From Dehalococcoidia bacterium (GTDB taxonomy: Bacteria; Chloroflexota; Dehalococcoidia; Plut-88900), in NCBI GenBank assembly GCA_965249275.1, contig CBDFLQ010000007.1, positions 416,001 to 480,000 on the forward strand: DNA of 64,000 nucleotides. Direction: 5' to 3'. Shown here piece after piece: positions 58,166 to 64,000 of this stretch (positions are counted from its first letter, which is position 1; the number at the start of each line of letters is the position of its first letter). A program made the position numbers and the translations under genes. The notes beneath the pieces were generated by a model. It saw nothing but the letters and a program-made list of their open reading frames with translations. It had not been told where the DNA came from and did no database searches.

Positions 58166-58954
58166 ATGCCCGCGTTCGCTCTCGTGGTTAACAATACGGA
58201 CGAGATTCTCCTGATTCAACGTGCCGACGGCAAAAATAGAGGGCTATGGAGTCTTCCAGGGGGGAAAAGGGACGCAGGCGAGAACTTAAGGGAGACTGCG
58301 GTCAGGGAAACCTTTGAGGAAACAGGTATTAGAATAGCTATAGTCGGTCTGTACCATAGCAGTAAGAGATATAACTTTGAGATATGGCGTGGTAGACCTA
58401 TAGGTGGTCGCTTGAAAGTTCAGGAAAAAGAATGCCTTGATGCCAAGTGGATCCCCAAAGACATGCTTCCACACGACGATAATCTCGCATTTGGCCCAGA
58501 CAAAAGAGCCTTAGGGAAATGGGCAGCCGAGCATACGGGTAGTCGACGGGTTTACTATCCTGGCTTAAAAATGGTTCGATCAGGATTCACCCTTATAACA
58601 AATCTCCAGAATGAGGTGTTACTTATTCAACGCAGGGCGGGCAAAAGAGCAGGCAAATGGAGCCTACCGGGGGGTAACGCCGGACACGGACGAACTCGAC
58701 TAACGGCTGCCATAGGGGAGACCAAGAAGGCCATTGGAGCCGTATTTTTGCCGGACCGTCTGTACTACAGGAATAGGCACCGAGTCAAAATATGGCTGGG
58801 GAAAATCCAGCCACCCGTTCCAAAGCACCTAAATGGCAGTTGGTTTCCTTTAGACCAGTTGCCTGACGATGACAGTTTAGGTTTCGCGATCGATGTCAGG
58901 ACTATAGAGAAGTGGGCATCTGAGAACGACGGAAGCGGCCGCGCTTACTACTAG
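58166..58954 (+). CDS. Tandem Nudix-domain protein
   Basis: Nudix box GG..DAGE...TAVRETFEETG in domain 1; degenerate repeat in domain 2; AT-richer than neighbours. Confidence 0.8.
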   Translation: MPAFALVVNNTDEILLIQRADGKNRGLWSLPGGKRDAGENLRETAVRETFEETGIRIAIVGLYHSSKRYNFEIWRGRPIGGRLKVQEKECLDAKWIPKDMLPHDDNLAFGPDKRALGKWAAEHTGSRRVYYPGLKMVRSGFTLITNLQNEVLLIQRRAGKRAGKWSLPGGNAGHGRTRLTAAIGETKKAIGAVFLPDRLYYRNRHRVKIWLGKIQPPVPKHLNGSWFPLDQLPDDDSLGFAIDVRTIEKWASENDGSGRAYY

Positions 58955-59014
58955 TAGTATTTGGGCTTATGAGCTTGTACAACTCGCGCCCTGTCTAATG
59001 CCGTCTAGTTCCCC

Positions 59015-60079
59015 TTATTTCTTCGCCTTCTCCAACGCCAGACCGGCCATCAGGTACATGATCACGTACACGATCACCCGGTAAATCACCGCCGACCCCG
59101 GCGGTATGCAGATGAACGACATCCCGCTCAGCCCCCGCCGCCCGACCTCGTGGGCAATCCTGATGACCTCGTAGTCCGTCAGGCCGATAGGCTCGGCAAG
59201 CTCGCCCATTATGTCGCCCGACGCGGGCCCCGCACCCCCCAGCACATCCATGTCGAAGTGTACGTAGACCCCGTCGGTGCCCTGGTAGGCTCGGTCAAGC
59301 TCCTTGATCACACCCTCGATGCCCAGGCTCCGCACTTCCCATGAGGAGATGAACCGCGCCCCATCCCTCAGGTAGCGCCGCACGATGTCCTTCTTCTCCA
59401 GCATGCCCCGCTCCCCGATCTCGACCAGGGTGCTCGGGTGCATGTTCTCAAGGAACTCGTACATCTTATGCTTCCAACTGCCGCTCCCTGCGATGCGAGG
59501 GTCGTTGGTCATCCGGTCAATCTTCGCTGCGTCCCAGTGGGTGTCCAGGCTGACGCACCCTACCTGCCCCGCCGTGTGCTCCGAGATCGACTTGGCAATG
59601 GCAAAAGACCCCAACGGCGAGTTCTGGCCTATCACAATCGGAATGCCCCCGGCTTCAAGCACGTCGCCGACCTTCTCCTCCACCGACGCCTGCGCCTTGA
59701 GAATGTTCTCCGGCGTCTGGGAAACGTTGACCTCTTCCGGGATGTCGGCGTCTCCGTAGTCCACAACGTTCAGGTGCTCGAATACGTCGATGTCGAAGTC
59801 CTGAATGTATCCCGAGCCGTACCTCACCGACTGCTGCCTCACCCTCTTGGGCCCCGATATCCACTCCCACTTGTCCACGCCCGCATACTTGTCCGTAGCC
59901 GTCGCAACGTAGGGCGCCCCGATTATCACGACGTCCTGTCCCTTGAGTTCGTCCTTAGAAGTGACGTGGGGAACGCCCAGGAAGGTGGGCAGTTCGTCGG
60001 CTATCAAGGGGAACTTCCGGCGGCCTGCGAAACTGTTGGCCATGAAGTCTTCCCAGTCGGGGTATTTCATAGAGCACAT
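59015..60079 (-). CDS. Arginase/agmatinase-family protein with atypical metal motifs
   Basis: PTFLG, GP..VR..S, DYGD, LDTHWD, HFDMDVL; GGDH replaced by GQNS. Confidence 0.8.
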   Translation of the reverse strand: MCSMKYPDWEDFMANSFAGRRKFPLIADELPTFLGVPHVTSKDELKGQDVVIIGAPYVATATDKYAGVDKWEWISGPKRVRQQSVRYGSGYIQDFDIDVFEHLNVVDYGDADIPEEVNVSQTPENILKAQASVEEKVGDVLEAGGIPIVIGQNSPLGSFAIAKSISEHTAGQVGCVSLDTHWDAAKIDRMTNDPRIAGSGSWKHKMYEFLENMHPSTLVEIGERGMLEKKDIVRRYLRDGARFISSWEVRSLGIEGVIKELDRAYQGTDGVYVHFDMDVLGGAGPASGDIMGELAEPIGLTDYEVIRIAHEVGRRGLSGMSFICIPPGSAVIYRVIVYVIMYLMAGLALEKAKK

Positions 60080-60127
60080 ATTGGTCCTCCTGAGGGTCTT
60101 GGTTGGTTGGGAATCCGGGCGGGCCCG

Positions 60128-61297
60128 TCACCCCATTACTTTGGAAGCATAGTCAACTCTATTCAGGGCATCGTCCCCAAACCGGGACATGCCGAGACTC
60201 GAAATGTCTATAGTCGTAGCCTCACCATCCACAATCATCTCCGCAACGAGCATCCCCACCGCCGGCGACTCCTTGAACCCATGGCCGTTGAACCCCGTGC
60301 AGATGTAGAGTCCTTCTATTCCCTCCATCTTGTCGATTATCGGGTGGCCGTCCGGTGTGTTGGTGTACAGGCCCGCGTAGCCAGTGAAATACTCCGCCTC
60401 CCCCAGCCCCGGGACCCGTTTAGCCACCCGGCCCCACATCGTTTCGATGTAGTCCATCCCCGGCTTCTGGTCGTAATTGTCGGGGTTGGCCTCTATCTCC
60501 AGCTCCACGTCACCCACAAGGGTCAGGTCGGGGCTTTCCGGCCTCATGTACGCCATGGTCACCAGGTCCCCGATCACCGGGTGCTCAGGTATAACGTTCA
60601 TCGGGCGTTTCAGGAAGAACACCTCGTGCCGAGTCGCAGTCAGAGGCATGTCCATCCCGAGCCCCTTCATCACCCTCACCGACCACGGCCCCGCAGCAAC
60701 CACCGCAGTATCCGTCTCAATACGACCCTCTCTGGTCTCAACAGCGACAACCCTGTCATTCACAATCTCTACGTCGAGTGCCGGGTTGTCCAGCAAAACC
60801 TGCGCCCCCATGCCCCGCGCCGCCGACGCAAAGCCCTGTCCCACACTCGGAGGATCGGCATATCCTGACTGTGGCTCGAAGCAGATGGCATCCGACTCAT
60901 CAAATGCGACGTGCGGCGCAACCTCTCGGGCCTGCTTCATGTCCAGGACTCGGGTATCGATCCCCAGCGACTGCTGCATAGCTATGTTGCGCTTGAACGA
61001 CTCCTCAGCCCCCGGCGGTGCGATGAACATGGCCCCTACGTTCACGAACCCCGAGTCTCCACCCACAATCTGGTCGAAGTCCCGGATCGTCTCCAGGCTA
61101 GTCATCGCCAACCGGGCATTAACCTCGCTGGAGTAGTGCATCCGCACAATCCCCGACGACCTGCCGGTCGACCCAGCGCCCAGCGATTCCTTCTCGACCA
61201 GCACCGTATCCGTCACCCCGCGCCGCGCCAGGTTGAACAAGATACTGCACCCCATCACCCCGCCGCCAATGATTACAACGTCAGCCTTGGATTTCAT
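60128..61297 (-). CDS. FAD-dependent oxidoreductase (DAO / sarcosine oxidase beta-like)
   Basis: IIGGGVMG, GSTGRSSG, GLY..TPDGHPII, GFNGHGFKESP. Confidence 0.9.
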   Translation of the reverse strand: MKSKADVVIIGGGVMGCSILFNLARRGVTDTVLVEKESLGAGSTGRSSGIVRMHYSSEVNARLAMTSLETIRDFDQIVGGDSGFVNVGAMFIAPPGAEESFKRNIAMQQSLGIDTRVLDMKQAREVAPHVAFDESDAICFEPQSGYADPPSVGQGFASAARGMGAQVLLDNPALDVEIVNDRVVAVETREGRIETDTAVVAAGPWSVRVMKGLGMDMPLTATRHEVFFLKRPMNVIPEHPVIGDLVTMAYMRPESPDLTLVGDVELEIEANPDNYDQKPGMDYIETMWGRVAKRVPGLGEAEYFTGYAGLYTNTPDGHPIIDKMEGIEGLYICTGFNGHGFKESPAVGMLVAEMIVDGEATTIDISSLGMSRFGDDALNRVDYASKVMG

Positions 61298-61431
61298 GTC
61301 TCCCTCAACGGCTCCTCAATCTCTGAATGCCAACTCGAATCATATTGTCCGAAGCACCCCCAGTCAATCAATCCATTCCCAACCCTCATGCTACAATATG
61401 CCCACTTCCGAGACCGAAAGAAAGGCCCTCG

Positions 61432-62637
61432 ATGCTGCCTCTCGACGGTATCCGCGTCATAGACCTATCCCAAGGCGTCGCCGGTCCATTCTCTACCCGA
61501 CTCCTCGCCGACCAGGGCGCCGACGTAATCAAGGTCGAATCCCCCACTCTTGGAGACCCCGCCCGACGCCTCGCTCCCTTCGCCAACACTCTCCCTGGCT
61601 CCCAGGCAGGCGGCACGTTCCAATACGTAAACCTCGGCAAGCGCGGCATTACCCTCAACATAGCCAGCGATAGCGGCAGAAGGGTTCTCCGAGAATTAGC
61701 CGCCGGGGCCCATATTCTCGTTGAGAGCTTCGAACCCGGTCTTATTGACACTTTGGGTCTCGGTTTTCGCGAATTGTCGAAGTTCAACCCGGGCCTTGTG
61801 ATGACGTCAGTCACCAATTTCGGGCAGACGGGCCCCTACCGCCAATTCAAGTCCGACGAGATAACCCAGTACGGGATGGGCGGACCCATGTCAGTCACAG
61901 GCTCACCCGACCATCCGCCTCTCAATCTCGCCGACGGAATAGTCTTCCATCAAGCAGGCACCGCCGCAGCACTGGCGACGATGATCGCATTCTTCGAAAC
62001 AGAGGTGACGGGGGTCGGGGAGCATCTCGACATGTCCATCATGGAGATTCAGGCAGGCAATATAGACCGACGCAGCCTGACCTTTCTCTCCTACCAATAC
62101 ACGGGTGAAAGAGGCGGTCGGCTGCCCGCTGGAGCGAGCGCGGTAAGTGGAGTCATCCCTACCAGTAACGGCTACATTGCCTTCGACGCGGGCACCCCGG
62201 CTGCCATGGGGCAACTTCCCACGCTGATAGATGCTCCCGAACTGGCCCAGGACCCTCGCTTTACAGACCCGGACGCCCGCCAAGAACCCGAGAACTCGGA
62301 GATGCTCCAGTTACGCATCTTGGAGTGGGCGTTGAACCAGGATAATCAGACGGCGTGGCAAAAGGCGCAGGCCCATCGTTCAATGGCCGCGCCCATCAAC
62401 AGCGCTGCCGACCTCCTCTCCGACCCGCACTATGCCTATCGAGGCTTCTGGGACCGTATCGAAAGCGCTACGGGGATCACGGCATATCCCGGATCGCCTC
62501 TAACTATGGCCGGGGCCCGAGTCTCGGTCAGACGACCGGCGCCAAGGCTCGGGGAGCACAATGGCGAAATTCTCGGAGGGGAACTGGGGTTCAGCCGGGA
62601 AGAGCTAGGTAAGCTCAGGCAAGCGGGGGTGATTTAG
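61432..62637 (+). CDS. CaiB/BaiF class III CoA transferase
   Basis: PLDGIRVIDL, GADVIKVE, NLGKRGITL, APRLGEHN; start 61432 preferred. Confidence 0.9.
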   Translation: MLPLDGIRVIDLSQGVAGPFSTRLLADQGADVIKVESPTLGDPARRLAPFANTLPGSQAGGTFQYVNLGKRGITLNIASDSGRRVLRELAAGAHILVESFEPGLIDTLGLGFRELSKFNPGLVMTSVTNFGQTGPYRQFKSDEITQYGMGGPMSVTGSPDHPPLNLADGIVFHQAGTAAALATMIAFFETEVTGVGEHLDMSIMEIQAGNIDRRSLTFLSYQYTGERGGRLPAGASAVSGVIPTSNGYIAFDAGTPAAMGQLPTLIDAPELAQDPRFTDPDARQEPENSEMLQLRILEWALNQDNQTAWQKAQAHRSMAAPINSAADLLSDPHYAYRGFWDRIESATGITAYPGSPLTMAGARVSVRRPAPRLGEHNGEILGGELGFSREELGKLRQAGVI

Positions 62638-62640
62638 TCG

Positions 62641-63933
62641 ATGACTCGTCTGCCTCTGGAAGGAATCCGAGTCCTGGACATCACGCAGATCTGGGCGGGA
62701 CCCTACACCACTCAGCTGCTAGCTGACTGGGGCGCCGAGGTCATCCGCATCGAGTCAACGCAGATTGCGCCAATATCTACTCGGGTGTGGTCTCTGGAAA
62801 GGATAGACCCTCCCCCTGGTTTATGGTGGCTCGGCTACCCTGACGGGGAGTTGGGCGAAAATCGAGCTAACCGGTGGGCGCTCTTCAACGTTCACGCCCG
62901 CAACAAGCAAAGCGCTACTATGGACCTCACCCGGCCCGAAGGGCGGGCCGTTCTGGATAACCTTCTCCAAATCAGCGACGTACTTGTCGAAAACAACACC
63001 CCCACTACACTGGCAAAGCTCGAAATCGACTACGAGTCCGTACGCAAGCAGCGTCCCGACATCATCATGGTGCGAATGCCGGGATTCGGTCTTGACGGGC
63101 CATACACAAACTACAGGTCCATGGGCAACCACGGCGAGGCCGTATCGGGGCACACGTGGCTGCGCAACTATACGGACACGGATTTCTCGGAAATCAGCAC
63201 GACTACCGTCGGAGACGGAGTAGCTGGCCTCTACGCAGCATTCGCCGCCATGAGCGCGCTGCGGGCTCGGCGGCACACCGGTAAAGGCTGTCTCATAGAG
63301 CTTGCACAGTGCGAATCTATGGCTTCCTTCATGCCTCGGCAAATCCTGGAATACGCCGTCAACCGCCGCATCCCCAAGGCTATAGGCAACCGACACTGGT
63401 CACTGGCTCCCCACGACTGTTTCCCCTGCAAGGGAGAAGACCAGTGGGTCACCCTCGCCATCGGGACCGACGATGAGTGGGAGGCATTCGTTCGTGCGCT
63501 TGGAAGTCCGGAGTGGGCCACCGACCGCCGTTTCGCCACGGTAACCGGCCGCTACAACAACCAGGATGAGATCGGCGATCATATCACCCGCTGGACCCTC
63601 GAGCGGGAGCCTTACGAAGTCGCCACTCTCCTACAGGCTCACGGGGTAGCCGCCGGACCCGTCATCTACAACGAGGACGCCTTCTCCGATCCTCAATACG
63701 AGGCCCGGGGCTTCTTCGAAACCATCACCCAAGAGGACTGCGGAACACATCTGCACCCCGGAATCATGTGGAAAGCCTCGGGGCATCCAAACGAGATTCG
63801 AATGCCACCCTGCCAACTCGGTGAACACAACCCATACATCTACTCGGATCTTCTCGGCTACGGAGAAGACGACTACGCTCGAATGGAAACCGAGGGCCAT
63901 ATCGGCACGACTTACATTGTCGACAACCCGTAG
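62641..63933 (+). CDS. CaiB/BaiF class III CoA transferase (likely partner subunit of the preceding gene)
   Basis: PLEGIRVLD, WAGP, GAEVIRIES, RNKQS, LGEHN; 3-bp gap after the preceding gene. Confidence 0.9.
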   Translation: MTRLPLEGIRVLDITQIWAGPYTTQLLADWGAEVIRIESTQIAPISTRVWSLERIDPPPGLWWLGYPDGELGENRANRWALFNVHARNKQSATMDLTRPEGRAVLDNLLQISDVLVENNTPTTLAKLEIDYESVRKQRPDIIMVRMPGFGLDGPYTNYRSMGNHGEAVSGHTWLRNYTDTDFSEISTTTVGDGVAGLYAAFAAMSALRARRHTGKGCLIELAQCESMASFMPRQILEYAVNRRIPKAIGNRHWSLAPHDCFPCKGEDQWVTLAIGTDDEWEAFVRALGSPEWATDRRFATVTGRYNNQDEIGDHITRWTLEREPYEVATLLQAHGVAAGPVIYNEDAFSDPQYEARGFFETITQEDCGTHLHPGIMWKASGHPNEIRMPPCQLGEHNPYIYSDLLGYGEDDYARMETEGHIGTTYIVDNP

Positions 63934-64000
63934 ACTAAACATCCCATCCAAGAAACCACTTGAGCTATGGGGCAGAAAACATCGTGAATTCATGCATTCG

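Overview
GC-rich bacterial chromosomal window, most consistent with Chloroflexota/Dehalococcoidia (SAR202-like). This assignment is an inference from the Chlor_Arch YYY/TIGR03663 membrane genes, the large Alu-type SRP RNA and the many CoA-transferase/amidohydrolase paralogs. The left half (1-31 kb) is mostly housekeeping: a membrane glycosylation-like operon, ftsY, rnc, a CCA/poly(A)-type nucleotidyltransferase, ispE/rsmA, SRP RNA, PIN-TRAM-ispD-ispF-cysS, secG, gatB, pcm, larB and tRNA-Arg(TCT). The right half is catabolic/accessory: two polyamine-type binding proteins, an M24 hydrolase, ureohydrolases, an amidase, lutABC, a tandemly duplicated branched-chain-amino-acid-type ABC operon, CoA transferases and two IS481-family elements. 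Four signals are not shown by the ORF track. (1) Two homologous, co-linear intergenic elements (~36.0-38.2 kb and ~43.4-45.6 kb) share a REP mosaic, a sigma70 promoter with an overlapping LexA-like box, a 0.6-0.8 kb C-rich body without a conserved reading frame and a terminal AACTGAATAACCG motif; each is interrupted by a different IS481. (2) A DsbA/Rv2466c-like gene has an in-frame UGA at the catalytic Cys position followed by a SECIS-like hairpin (probable selenoprotein). (3) larB appears to start at ATC. (4) The ~4 kb duplication left an in-frame livG'-'lutC chimeric junction ORF.
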